DNA from: Gemmatales bacterium
Lineage (GTDB): Bacteria; Planctomycetota; Planctomycetia; Gemmatales; HRBIN36
DNA: 64,000 nucleotides
Assembly (NCBI GenBank): GCA_041640595.1
Contig: JBEPZY010000001.1
Location: forward strand, 32,001 to 96,000
Reading direction: 5' to 3'
Position numbers and translations under genes: made by a program
Part shown: positions 17,939-27,242 of the stretch, piece after piece
How positions within the stretch are numbered: position 1 is the stretch's first letter
Layout of the letters: every line of letters begins with the position of its first letter
The notes under the pieces: model-generated
What the model saw: only the letters and a program-made list of their open reading frames with translations
The model's database searches: none
What the model was told of the DNA's origin: nothing

Positions 17939-20677
17939 TCATGGGGCCAGCACTTCGTACCAGAGAGTTTGCCATTGCGGGCCGAGCGTAAGGACAGCTT
18001 GACCGCCTGCATCGCTGGCAACGTGTAGCTCGGTCTTGCGCTGCCCACGTTCGTCCAACGCCCAGGCTTGCACGCCCCTGGCAGGCAAGGGCAGGGTAAT
18101 GACTGCTGAGACACCTTCCACCAGGGTAGGTGGTCGGCCCCAATCGCGCCCGCAACTCGATTTGGGTGGATAGCCCGCGAGGTCTTTCCAGCCTATACCC
18201 GTGTTCTCCACATAACCGGTGGCGGTAATGAGTAACCGGGTTGGGCCACGCCGGGGCTTTGCGATGGATGATGGCAGCGAACCTTCCATCACCGTAACCG
18301 AGATCGCGCACCAGCCGTCCTGGATGGTGTCTGCGGGCCGGATCACCACGCCGCCCAGGTCGTACACTTTGTCAGCTGCAAACCCAATAACTGCTTTACT
18401 GCGGGTGGAGTTGACAGTCACCACACCCCGTCTCTGGTGCCATCCTTGTCCGCGCTCTGTCAAATCCCAAATCAGTTCCCCGGTGTCCGAAACGACTCGG
18501 TCACGGGGAAGTGTCAGCTGCTCGGGCCGAAGTGCGGAGGGCGGCCGGGACGTGTTACCCGCGGCGATGGCTACGCGATGCACGAGAGCTGCTTGCCGGG
18601 GAACACCGAGATGGCCGGCGTGCACCAGCACCCATGGCTCAGACCGCCGTAGCAACTCGATTTCGCGATCTTTCGTAAGACTGACTACCACTTCCGAATT
18701 TGCGGGCCGCACGTCGCCGCGTACGAACATGGCTACTGCAGGTATCAGCGTGACCATTTTGGTGGGGTGCTGAGCGATGTCGAAGAAGTTGCCGATATAC
18801 CGCAAATCTCGCATATTCCAGTGTGCGTATGAGTAGGCATACACCGCGTCCCAATCTTGCAGGGCGGCATAAGCCGCTAACAGAAGATAGCCCTCGCTCG
18901 AATAAGTGTTCGGTGCGGGATGACTGTATTCGGTAACTGAATGAGGTTTGCCCCGAACACGGCGCAAGGCAATATCCGACAGGATCCCGCCCGGTTCGCT
19001 GACCATGCTTCGGTTGGGTACCGCCCAGTCATCGTGCTTCTCCCAAGCTCCTGGCGGCGGAGTAAAAAAGATGGGATGTTGCCAGTAGGCGTGGGTGTCC
19101 ACGCAGTCGAGGGCCGCCATCAAGTTTGGTGTGCTGCAGCCCACGATGGTACCCATCACGAGTGCCTGCACTTTCAACTCCTCCTTGAGGTAACGGTACA
19201 TGGATTGCCAGTAGTGCTCTTCTGTTTCCCAGAGGAAGCGGAGCCAATCACGCTGGGCTAACTGGTGGTGCAGGCAAAAACGACTACGGAGAACCGTTGG
19301 AACGGTTCCGTCCTCCAGGCGTTGATTACCTGGCAATTCGAGATCGCCCCCAGGACGCAAAGATGGTGCGGCCAACCAGTATGTCGTGGCTTGCCTACTC
19401 AGGTTGCTAAACATCAGACGGACATTCTCATCGCCCATCACAGGGACGACGCATATTCGAAACTCTCGCCATTCCTGGGTAAGTTGCACATCACCGCAAA
19501 AGGCGAGATGCTGCCAGGGTTCGTGAGCCTGAGTCAGGCTAACGCTTACGGCGCAGGGTTGAGATGCTTTCGCCCAGAAGGTGACCGTGTAGGGCCGATC
19601 GCCTTGCACTTTTAGGTTGCGCTGATGGAGCAGGACGTGCCAGCTTTCTCGGCCAGGCTTGGTGACATGAATGCGAAGAACCCGCCCTTTGTCCGGGTCT
19701 CTGACCAGTTCTGCGTGAGCTTCGGCGTCGCCGTGGCGTTCCAGAATCCAGTGCTGCAGACCAGCACGGAAATCGGTGTTTACAAGCATCTCCTGGCCTA
19801 ACGGTTCCCGCATGTTCCAGGTCAGCCGCAACCGTTCACTGCTGCCGTAACGCCTTTTGAGCCATCCGTTCCAGCGACTTTGCAACTCGCGTAAGAAAAC
19901 TTCAGGCAGCCTGTCTAGTGCTCCGCTGAGCCAGGCATGCAACAGTCCGTTTTCATTGTTAATCTCCACGAAGGCTACAGCTGGGTCTTCCGCGTAGCTT
20001 AGCCCGGTATAAGTATTGCGATGGGCAAGCAGTTTCCGAGCGTATTCCTTTTCGAGAGCCAGGCATGGTTCATAGAAGCAACCTAAAACCCGCCGCACCT
20101 GCTTGTCAACTTGCTCGATTTCTTTAGGCAAGCCATCATGTGCGCTGAAGGACCGATCGACCAGCAGATTCACATTGACATAAATGCCCTGACGACGCAA
20201 CTGAGCGACGAGATAGTCAAGTCGGTCCAGGGCTTCCGGATCAAGCTCCCGCGTATTGGCGACCTGCCGCTTCAAGATTCCTTCGGGAAAGCGCATCATG
20301 TCCAGATGATGCAACCGCACCAGGTTGATGCCGAACTTGGCCAATCGTGCCGCTATCTTTTCGGCATCTTCCTTGGGCGGAAAATTCGCGCCGAAACACA
20401 GGTTGACACCAAAAAAGCGAATTCGCTGATCGCCTGCGTAAAGGTGGCCATCGGCAGCGGCGCGTATCGGCCCAAACTTGCCGGCAGGTTTGTGCAACCA
20501 ATGGCTCAGGTTGGCAACTGAAGGCGCAGCATCGTCCCAGGGCAGTACAAAGGGAAAAAGTTTCGTTGTTCTATTGGTCGGCGACCGAGGGTCTTGCTTG
20601 GTGGCGCAAACGCTCACACCCACAGCCAGCACGCATCCGAGCCAAAGCAGGGCGTTTCGCATCGTCGTAATCTTCAT
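17939..20677 (-). CDS. Secreted clan GH-A-like glycoside hydrolase with inserted CBM4/9-like module
   Basis: RFFGVN, GINLVRLHH, VEINNENG (acid/base), DTHAYWQHP and VTEY (nucleophile); CBM4-like stretch YTVTFWAKA..LTQEWREF. A signal peptide follows ATG 20677 (ORF track starts 20869). Confidence 0.75.
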   Translation of the reverse strand: MKITTMRNALLWLGCVLAVGVSVCATKQDPRSPTNRTTKLFPFVLPWDDAAPSVANLSHWLHKPAGKFGPIRAAADGHLYAGDQRIRFFGVNLCFGANFPPKEDAEKIAARLAKFGINLVRLHHLDMMRFPEGILKRQVANTRELDPEALDRLDYLVAQLRRQGIYVNVNLLVDRSFSAHDGLPKEIEQVDKQVRRVLGCFYEPCLALEKEYARKLLAHRNTYTGLSYAEDPAVAFVEINNENGLLHAWLSGALDRLPEVFLRELQSRWNGWLKRRYGSSERLRLTWNMREPLGQEMLVNTDFRAGLQHWILERHGDAEAHAELVRDPDKGRVLRIHVTKPGRESWHVLLHQRNLKVQGDRPYTVTFWAKASQPCAVSVSLTQAHEPWQHLAFCGDVQLTQEWREFRICVVPVMGDENVRLMFSNLSRQATTYWLAAPSLRPGGDLELPGNQRLEDGTVPTVLRSRFCLHHQLAQRDWLRFLWETEEHYWQSMYRYLKEELKVQALVMGTIVGCSTPNLMAALDCVDTHAYWQHPIFFTPPPGAWEKHDDWAVPNRSMVSEPGGILSDIALRRVRGKPHSVTEYSHPAPNTYSSEGYLLLAAYAALQDWDAVYAYSYAHWNMRDLRYIGNFFDIAQHPTKMVTLIPAVAMFVRGDVRPANSEVVVSLTKDREIELLRRSEPWVLVHAGHLGVPRQAALVHRVAIAAGNTSRPPSALRPEQLTLPRDRVVSDTGELIWDLTERGQGWHQRRGVVTVNSTRSKAVIGFAADKVYDLGGVVIRPADTIQDGWCAISVTVMEGSLPSSIAKPRRGPTRLLITATGYVENTGIGWKDLAGYPPKSSCGRDWGRPPTLVEGVSAVITLPLPARGVQAWALDERGQRKTELHVASDAGGQAVLTLGPQWQTLWYEVLAP

Positions 20678-20921
20678 AGATCGCGCAGTCTTCTGAGTGC
20701 CGATAATTGTCGCCCGGAGCAGAAAGGGCATCTTGGCCGTGGAGATGATACTCGGCGATACCCTCTGGGCAAGGCCATACACGTCTCCCAGAGATGATAA
20801 CTTACAGCGTCGACTGCCAGCAGCACTCCCGACCAAGCCTTGCGTGCATAACTTGGCCTCCAGCCCCACACGAATCCGATCCTATAACGGCTGGCCTATT
20901 CCAGCCGACGCCCGAAGGACT

Positions 20922-21018
20922 AACGACTGGCGAAAGTTGCGGACTCTGGAACTCACGTCAGCCAGGCACTACTATGCAACTCCGCCGCACACCGAACAAC
21001 TGGCGAAAGTTGCATACT
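20922..21018. repeat. Direct/inverted/direct triplet of the motif GGCG(A)AAGTTGC
   Basis: aacgactggcgaaagttgc (20922-20940), inverted tatgcaactccgcc (20973-20986) and aacaactggcgaaagttgcata (20995-21016). Confidence 0.75.
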
Positions 21019-21268
21019 GCGTGGCGCACTGCGACAGCAGGCCTACTGTGCCCGAGGCTCCTGGCAGACTCTCCGCTTCGACGGACAACTGCTGATGCAG
21101 GAAACTGACACTCGCCGCTTTTTGTCAGGCGTTCGTTTGTCGCGGGTTGGCAGATTCCGTGGCAAACGCGATTTGCGGATCACGAAAGGCTCACAGCTGC
21201 CACGTCGGTCGGAGTTTCGCCTCTGGAATCTGCTAAGCGTCAACCCGCTGTAACCGCAGGTAATCGGT

Positions 21269-21475
21269 TCAGTTACCATTCTTATAGGCACTGCCGCCCT
21301 TTCCTGGTTCGTTGCCAGGCGAAGGGTGAGGGGACTCTCCGGGCGGATTGAGCGCTCCCGGTGGGATTTGTTTCAATATGTCGTCAACAGGCTTCGGCCA
21401 ATCCCGGTCGGGACGATAAGTCCTCGTTTCCCCCGGCAGTTCCTTACTCGTTTTGCGAAGCTGCTCTTTGGACAT
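21269..21475 (-). CDS. Small Pro/Gly-rich peptide overlapping the DUF6338 gene
   Basis: 68 aa, MSKEQLRK...TYRP...NPPGESPHPSPGNEPGKGGSA. GGAG RBS; overlaps the 3' end of the upstream gene by 32 nt. Confidence 0.55.
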   Translation of the reverse strand: MSKEQLRKTSKELPGETRTYRPDRDWPKPVDDILKQIPPGALNPPGESPHPSPGNEPGKGGSAYKNGN

Positions 21476-22025
21476 TCTCATCTCCCGTTTTAGCACCGAC
21501 AAATTTTATGGCAACAATCTGGCTACCGTCTATCCATAAACCTGTTGTCTGACGATCAACGTGCCAGCGTCCCTCTAAGTCCTGACTCAGAATTCCTTCC
21601 AGTGGTAAGTCTCGCCTGTCTGGATCCGAAGAGGCCCGGGAGTTAATACCATAGATCCCGCGAATGACCGTACCGTCTTTCAACACAGTCACCACAAAGC
21701 ACGGTTCCCTTTGCATCCAGAAAGCGGCATCCCAAGCGGTGGCTGGCAAGGGCAGGAAGGAGGATAGTTTTTCTCTATAGCGATTAGCTGTTATACCTAG
21801 AACGAACCCGACGAGAATCGGTAAGACCAAGCCTGTCAGCCAAAACGGCAGACCCAGGAGTCGCAACGCCGCAAATAATGAACCAGACGCCAGGTAGGTT
21901 AGGATTGCCTGGTTGGTTTCCCACCGCAGGAAAGGAATGAATTTCCGAAGAACAGCCGACAACACGAAACCGGGAACCAGCCAGCTAATCGCGACCTCCA
22001 GAGCTTCTCGGGTTTCAATGTTCAT
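21444..22025 (-). CDS. DUF6338 family membrane protein
   Basis: LVPGF plus TM helices, then ATAWD..F, LKDG..IRG, SRASS...DL.LE and GLWI...I..IKF. Confidence 0.75.
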   Translation of the reverse strand: MNIETREALEVAISWLVPGFVLSAVLRKFIPFLRWETNQAILTYLASGSLFAALRLLGLPFWLTGLVLPILVGFVLGITANRYREKLSSFLPLPATAWDAAFWMQREPCFVVTVLKDGTVIRGIYGINSRASSDPDRRDLPLEGILSQDLEGRWHVDRQTTGLWIDGSQIVAIKFVGAKTGDENVQRAASQNE

Positions 22026-22108
22026 GTTCTTGACCTTAGTGGCGCCTCAGCATCTCGAAGCTTCCAGTCCTCAACGGTCTGTTTCGGAAGGTGTGGTGGC
22101 GGTTTGGG

Positions 22109-22813
22109 TTATTCGGTGAGGTAGAGGATGCGGCCACAACTTTTGCAAATGACGGGTCGGTTGAGGCGGAGGTCCTGCAACATCTGCAAAGTGGTTTCGG
22201 TGAAACAGCCCATGCAACTGCCGTGTTCTACTGGGGCCAGGGCTTCGTGCGCTTTACTGCGTACCAGGCGCTGATAGACCTCCTGTAACTCCTGGGGGAG
22301 TTCGGCCTCCAGTCGGGCCAGTTCGGCTCGAGCTTGCTGCAAACGTTCCTGTATGAGCCGGAGACGTTCGGCCCGGGATTGTTCCAGCTGCGCGAGTTCG
22401 GAGCGAAGCGTTTGGACAGCCTGCTCGCGTTCGGGTAACTCCTGCTGTCGGCGTTCGAGTTTGTCTATGAGGTCGAGCATTTCGTCTTCCAGAACGCTGA
22501 GCTGGATGCGAGCGCTTTCGAGTTGATTTTGCAGGGCCTGGAACTCGCGGGCTGTGGCAGCCGACTGAATCTGGCGTTGCCAGCGAGTCATTTTTTCGTG
22601 GAGCTGCTTTTCGGTAACTTCGCGATCGTGAAGGGCAACCTTGAGCTGACGGATTTCTTCCTGCAATTGCTGGAGTTGCTTTTCGCGGTCCTGGAGCTGG
22701 CTTTGCAGGCGAGTAATGGCGCGCTGGCTTTCGTCAATTTCCTGACTGAGCAAATGGATGCGTTGCTGGGCTTCGTGGAGAGCGCGTAATAAAGCCGACA
22801 AGCTCCCGCTCAT
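22109..22813 (-). CDS. Coiled-coil + C4 zinc-ribbon protein (DUF164/CT398-like)
   Basis: Long coiled coil and CMGC...CKSCGRILY. ATG 22813 follows AGGAG; downstream of rpoD. Confidence 0.88.
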   Translation of the reverse strand: MSGSLSALLRALHEAQQRIHLLSQEIDESQRAITRLQSQLQDREKQLQQLQEEIRQLKVALHDREVTEKQLHEKMTRWQRQIQSAATAREFQALQNQLESARIQLSVLEDEMLDLIDKLERRQQELPEREQAVQTLRSELAQLEQSRAERLRLIQERLQQARAELARLEAELPQELQEVYQRLVRSKAHEALAPVEHGSCMGCFTETTLQMLQDLRLNRPVICKSCGRILYLTE

Positions 22814-22939
22814 TGCTGGCACGGCTCCTGATCGGTTGTCAAGGTGCAGAAGTGCTGGCCGGCAGAGGCGCGGGAGTCTTTCCCTGGCCGAGTTGCCCAG
22901 CCGCTGTCGTTTCCCGGCGGGGCGATGTGCCAAAGCTGC

Positions 22940-24589
22940 TCAGCGGCGCAGCTGGTCGAGGAATCCTTCCAGTTGACGGCTGCGTGCCGGATGTTGCAGT
23001 TTGCGGACAGCTTTGGCCTCGATCTGCCGGACACGTTCCCGCGTTACCTTGAAGATGCGGCCGACCTCCTCCAGAGTGTAAGTATATCCATCTCCCAGGC
23101 CGTAGCGGAGCTTGATGATCTCGCGCTCACGGTAGGTGAGGGTTTTGAGCACCTGTTCGATTTTCTGACGGAGCATTTCGTGAGTAGCGCTCTGCCAGGG
23201 GCACGGGGCACCTTCATCCGGCAGAAACTCGCCGAAATAACTTTCCTCTCCCTCGCCAATCGGTCGGTCCAGGCTGACCGGCTGCCGATTCACCTGCAGT
23301 ACCTGGCGGGCCTCTTCGACTGGAACCTGAGCAGCGTCGGCGATTTCTTCGATGGTAGGCTCCCGGCCGAGTTGCTGATACAGCTGCCGCTGGGCGTTGC
23401 GGAGCTTTTGCATGGTTTCCACCATGTGAACGGGGATGCGGATGGTGCGAGCCTGGTCGGCAATGGCGCGGGTGATAGCCTGGCGAATCCACCAGGTGGC
23501 ATAGGTACTGAATTTGTAGCCGCGGCGGTATTCGTATTTATCCACGGCTCGCATCAGGCCGGTGTTGCCCTCCTGAATCAGATCGAGGAAACTCAGACCA
23601 CGGTTGCGATAGCGTTTGGCAATCGAAACGACCAATCGCAAATTCCCATCGGCCAGCTGGCGCTTGGCCGATTCGTATTCTTCAAACCGCCGACGAATGA
23701 TCTGCACGCGCAGGCGTAAACTTGCCGGCGTCTCCAGCGTCATCAGCATCAGGTCGCGCAACTCGGCTTCCAGGTTGGCGCGATCCTCACCCGTATTGCC
23801 ACGCTCACGAAGGCGGTTGATTTCCGCCTCCAGCTCATCCATCCGCTGGCTGATCTGCTCCAGCCGTTTCATAAGCGGCTGCAGACGCTGGGTTCGGATG
23901 CTGAGTTCCTCGACCAGGCGGACACATTTGCGGCGGCGCAGACGAATCTGTCTGCGTAATTGCCGCACTTCCTCCTCGCTCAGCCGCGGGTCGAGGCTCC
24001 GAGTGAAATCTTCCACGTTCTGCTGCATCAAAAATTCCAGCGTCCGCAAGTTGTGCGGCATGCGATGCAGAATCTGGTCTTTCTCCAGATTCTCCGTCAG
24101 CGAAGTTTTCATGGTGCGGTCGAAGGGCAACTCGCCGTGATGCACGCGCTTGAGGGTTTCGACTACCGTGGACAGAGCATAGTCGTTTTCCAGAACTTTC
24201 TGGCGGAAACGATTGCGGGTGATCTCGATGCGTCGAGCCAGGGCAATTTCCTGCTCACGGGTCAGCAAAGGAATTTGACCCATCTGGCTCAGGTACATGC
24301 GAACCGGATCACTGCCGCGGGGAAACTCGCCTTCTTCTTCGAGCAGGTGGTGTTCGAGTTCTTCCGTAACAAAGCCGTCCTCGTCGTCGGCAAGCCGGTC
24401 ACGCTCTTCCGCTTCGCTTTCGTCAATCAGTTCGATGCCGTGCTTTTCCAGCAGAAGCAGCAACTGATCGAGTTTGTCAGCACTGGCATAGTCTTCGGGC
24501 AACAACTCGTTGACCTGCGTGTAGGTAAGGTAGCCCTTGCGTTTGCCCATTTCGATCAACGGTTTGAGCGACGCATCGAGTTTCTGCAT
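22940..24589 (-). CDS. rpoD: Primary sigma factor sigma70
   Basis: Region 1.1 [59 protein letters not shown] and TRERVRQIE. Confidence 0.97.
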   Translation of the reverse strand: MQKLDASLKPLIEMGKRKGYLTYTQVNELLPEDYASADKLDQLLLLLEKHGIELIDESEAEERDRLADDEDGFVTEELEHHLLEEEGEFPRGSDPVRMYLSQMGQIPLLTREQEIALARRIEITRNRFRQKVLENDYALSTVVETLKRVHHGELPFDRTMKTSLTENLEKDQILHRMPHNLRTLEFLMQQNVEDFTRSLDPRLSEEEVRQLRRQIRLRRRKCVRLVEELSIRTQRLQPLMKRLEQISQRMDELEAEINRLRERGNTGEDRANLEAELRDLMLMTLETPASLRLRVQIIRRRFEEYESAKRQLADGNLRLVVSIAKRYRNRGLSFLDLIQEGNTGLMRAVDKYEYRRGYKFSTYATWWIRQAITRAIADQARTIRIPVHMVETMQKLRNAQRQLYQQLGREPTIEEIADAAQVPVEEARQVLQVNRQPVSLDRPIGEGEESYFGEFLPDEGAPCPWQSATHEMLRQKIEQVLKTLTYREREIIKLRYGLGDGYTYTLEEVGRIFKVTRERVRQIEAKAVRKLQHPARSRQLEGFLDQLRR

Positions 24590-24796
24590 GAAATCCCTCC
24601 TCTCTGTTATTTATCGAGCACGGAAAGCGTGAGTGGTGGTATATCGTTGTCAGTGCTTGGAAGCTCGGCCATTGTACCTGGGTGCAAGTGTCATTGGTTC
24701 CAGGTCGCATCACAGCGTCCCTGTCTGCCTCCGTGCCGTGTCAGGTGTTCAGGTCATTTCAGAGTGGGTAGCTGGCTACGGTTTGAGCCTGGCCGG

Positions 24797-26602
24797 CTAC
24801 CGCGAAGGGAGAGAATGACCCTGCTGAATTTGCCGCAAAAGTTCGGTAGGCGGCGGAGCGTCGCTGTCGAGGTGGCGCAGTTGTTCCTGGAGCTGCTGGC
24901 GGAGTCGCTGAGCGCGGCGTTGCTGAAAAGCCGCCAGCAATTCCCGGAGCCAGCCGCCGCGATCCTGCAACATCTGTCCCCGGTCATGCAGGCGCAGCAA
25001 ATATTGCTCCAGCCGTGGCCGGTCGGCAAACTCCTGCCGCAACCGATCCACGGTCGGTTCCGTGCCGGCTTCCGCCAGTGCATACATTCGCCGCAGCACT
25101 TGCCGCAATCCACGGTGTTGAATCTCCGATAGCGGCACAGCCTGGCGTACCTGAGAAATCAGCGAAGGTTCCGCCAGCAGGATTTCAAGCAACTGCCGTT
25201 CCAGAGGATCCACGCTCACCTGGCGAAGCGGCGGTTCTTCCGGATTGGCCGGAATGCGGTGGATCTGACAGTACCATTGTTGCAGCCGTTGCCACAAAGT
25301 AGTTTCGCTGGCACCGGTGCGGCGAGCTAATTGGGCAATAGCCAGTTCGCGTTTCACCTGCGTGGTGGGCGATCCACGAGCCGGCAGCCGGGCCAGCACT
25401 TGCAATACGCGATCCACAGCCAGGCGTCGGCCTTCGAGGGTAGCCAGAGCCGAAGGGGTCAGTTCCTGACGGAGTTTGTATTCGAGGGCGTCCACTGCCT
25501 GGCGCAGTATCTGCTCGAAAGCTTCCCGTCCGTGCGTTTGCAGAAAATCGCAAGGATCGAGTCCTGCAGGGAGCTGGGCAATGGCCAGTTCGATGTCGTG
25601 TTCGAGGAATAATTGCAGAGCCTGTTCGACGCCGCGGTCTCCACCGCTATCCGCATCAAAAACCAGCACCACGCGGGGCACGAACCGCTTCAGTTGTTGC
25701 AAATGCGAGGCATTTAGCGCTGTACCGAGTGTCGCCACCACAGTTCGACAACCGTGCTGGTGCGCCATCAGCACGTCGGTATAACCTTCCACCACGGCCA
25801 GATAACCAGCCTGTTCGGCCAGTTCTCGCGCCCGGTCCAACCCGTACAAATGCTCGCTTTTGCGAAAAATGGGGGAATCGGCAGAGTTGTAATACTTGGG
25901 CAGGCGTTCTTCCGCTTCCATTCCGGGCAAAACCCGGCCACCAAAAGCCACAGTCCTGCCCCGCACGTCTCGAATCGGAAACAGAATCCGCCCGCGAAAA
26001 CGGTCAAACGGCGCACCATCGGACTCCCGTTGTCCACACAGCCCAACTGTCACCAACTGTTCCATCGTCCAACCGACACGCAAGGCCCGTCGTGCCAACC
26101 AGTCCCATTCCGGCGGGGCAAAACCGATGCCGAACTCCAGCAGCGTTTCCTTTTGCAAACGCCGGGCCGACAAGTATTCGCGGGCCACTTGCGCACGCGG
26201 CGATTCCCACAGGAATCGGCGGTATTGTTCTTCGGCCCAGCGCATCAGCTCATACCAGGCGTTGCGTTCCTGATCACGCTGTGGATTACCCCAACGAGGC
26301 GTGATCCCGGCCCGCCGGGCCAGCATTTCTACGGCTTCGCGGAAACTGCAACGCTCTCGTTCCTGCACAAAGGTGATGACATCGCCATACTTGCCGCACG
26401 CCCAGCAGCGAAACCGTTGCCGCACCGGATCCACATCCAGCGAGGGGTGATGGTCATCGTGGAACGGACATAGCCCTTTATAGGTTCGTCCCTGGCGCCG
26501 AAGGGGCAAATATTCGCGAACCACCTCAACAATGTCGTTAGCTTGTTTGACCTGGGCGATTAAGTCCTCGGCCACGGTGCGCTCCAATTGATGAGCAACC
26601 AC
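24797..26602 (-). CDS. dnaG: DNA primase
   Basis: CPFHDDH..CWAC zinc finger, DRFRGR..FPI, KYYNS and TOPRIM motifs VVEGYTDV, LGTA and FDADSGG. Confidence 0.97.
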   Translation of the reverse strand: MVAHQLERTVAEDLIAQVKQANDIVEVVREYLPLRRQGRTYKGLCPFHDDHHPSLDVDPVRQRFRCWACGKYGDVITFVQERERCSFREAVEMLARRAGITPRWGNPQRDQERNAWYELMRWAEEQYRRFLWESPRAQVAREYLSARRLQKETLLEFGIGFAPPEWDWLARRALRVGWTMEQLVTVGLCGQRESDGAPFDRFRGRILFPIRDVRGRTVAFGGRVLPGMEAEERLPKYYNSADSPIFRKSEHLYGLDRARELAEQAGYLAVVEGYTDVLMAHQHGCRTVVATLGTALNASHLQQLKRFVPRVVLVFDADSGGDRGVEQALQLFLEHDIELAIAQLPAGLDPCDFLQTHGREAFEQILRQAVDALEYKLRQELTPSALATLEGRRLAVDRVLQVLARLPARGSPTTQVKRELAIAQLARRTGASETTLWQRLQQWYCQIHRIPANPEEPPLRQVSVDPLERQLLEILLAEPSLISQVRQAVPLSEIQHRGLRQVLRRMYALAEAGTEPTVDRLRQEFADRPRLEQYLLRLHDRGQMLQDRGGWLRELLAAFQQRRAQRLRQQLQEQLRHLDSDAPPPTELLRQIQQGHSLPSR

Positions 26603-26778
26603 CCTGCGCTTGCTCCATGCGCTTGCAGCAGGCAGCTCGGCAAGTAACCGGCAGCCCGCTTATGCATTGCCAGCCTCCATGCCAGCAGTGGCTCGGACAC
26701 TTGTGCTATCATCCTATTGATGCCTGAGCAGGCTCCAACCCATCGAACTCAGGCCCACACCTCTCGCAAGCTCGGCCA

Positions 26779-26807
26779 ATTATAAGGTTGCTCCCGATCA
26801 CGGTCAA
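26779..26807 (-). promoter_or_regulatory. Near-consensus sigma70 promoter for dnaG-rpoD
   Basis: Minus strand TTGACC-17 nt-TATAAT, about 175 nt upstream of dnaG. Confidence 0.8.
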
Positions 26808-27242
26808 GCCGAACAACTTTTGCCCGGCTAGACTCACCACTAAAGCAACCCTGGCTCGCTTTCAGTTGCCGCGGCCCTTACCGGCCCGCTCCCAGTTATT
26901 GCTCCCGCTGCGATGATGCTTGTGCGATATTTCCGAGCATTAGAAATGGGCTGCCGACCACATATCCGGATGCAACCAACACCGAACGGGCAGCCGCTTC
27001 AACGTCATTCAGAGGTTGCAAATGGACTGCCAGTCGCACATCCGCGTGCAGCACGTTGAGTTTGCGATTACTGCAGCGAGATTGTTCTGCCCGCTGCCCA
27101 TCGAACAGCAGGGCGCAGCTTCGCTTGCCTGCACGCAAATGCAACACCATTTACGAACGGTCACCAGATAAGCCGTGTTACAGAAGCGGCTTGATTCACC
27201 TGTTTGCTGGTGAAGCGCGACTGGCGACTGGTTGTGCGGTCT

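Noticed and set aside
21150..21215. Riboswitch-like stem (cgtggca...tgccacg) resembling SAM-II or c-di-GMP-I
   Set aside because: The diagnostic conserved 3' elements of both families are missing.
23960..25132. Long antisense ORFs (also 14090-15055, 15682-16860, 22844-23719, 27588-28667, 39230-40192)
   Set aside because: Shadow frames opposite well-supported genes in GC-rich DNA, with no recognisable motifs.
26896..27150. 84-aa ORF between glpD and dnaG
   Set aside because: No RBS, motif or family resemblance; cannot be supported as a gene or pseudogene.
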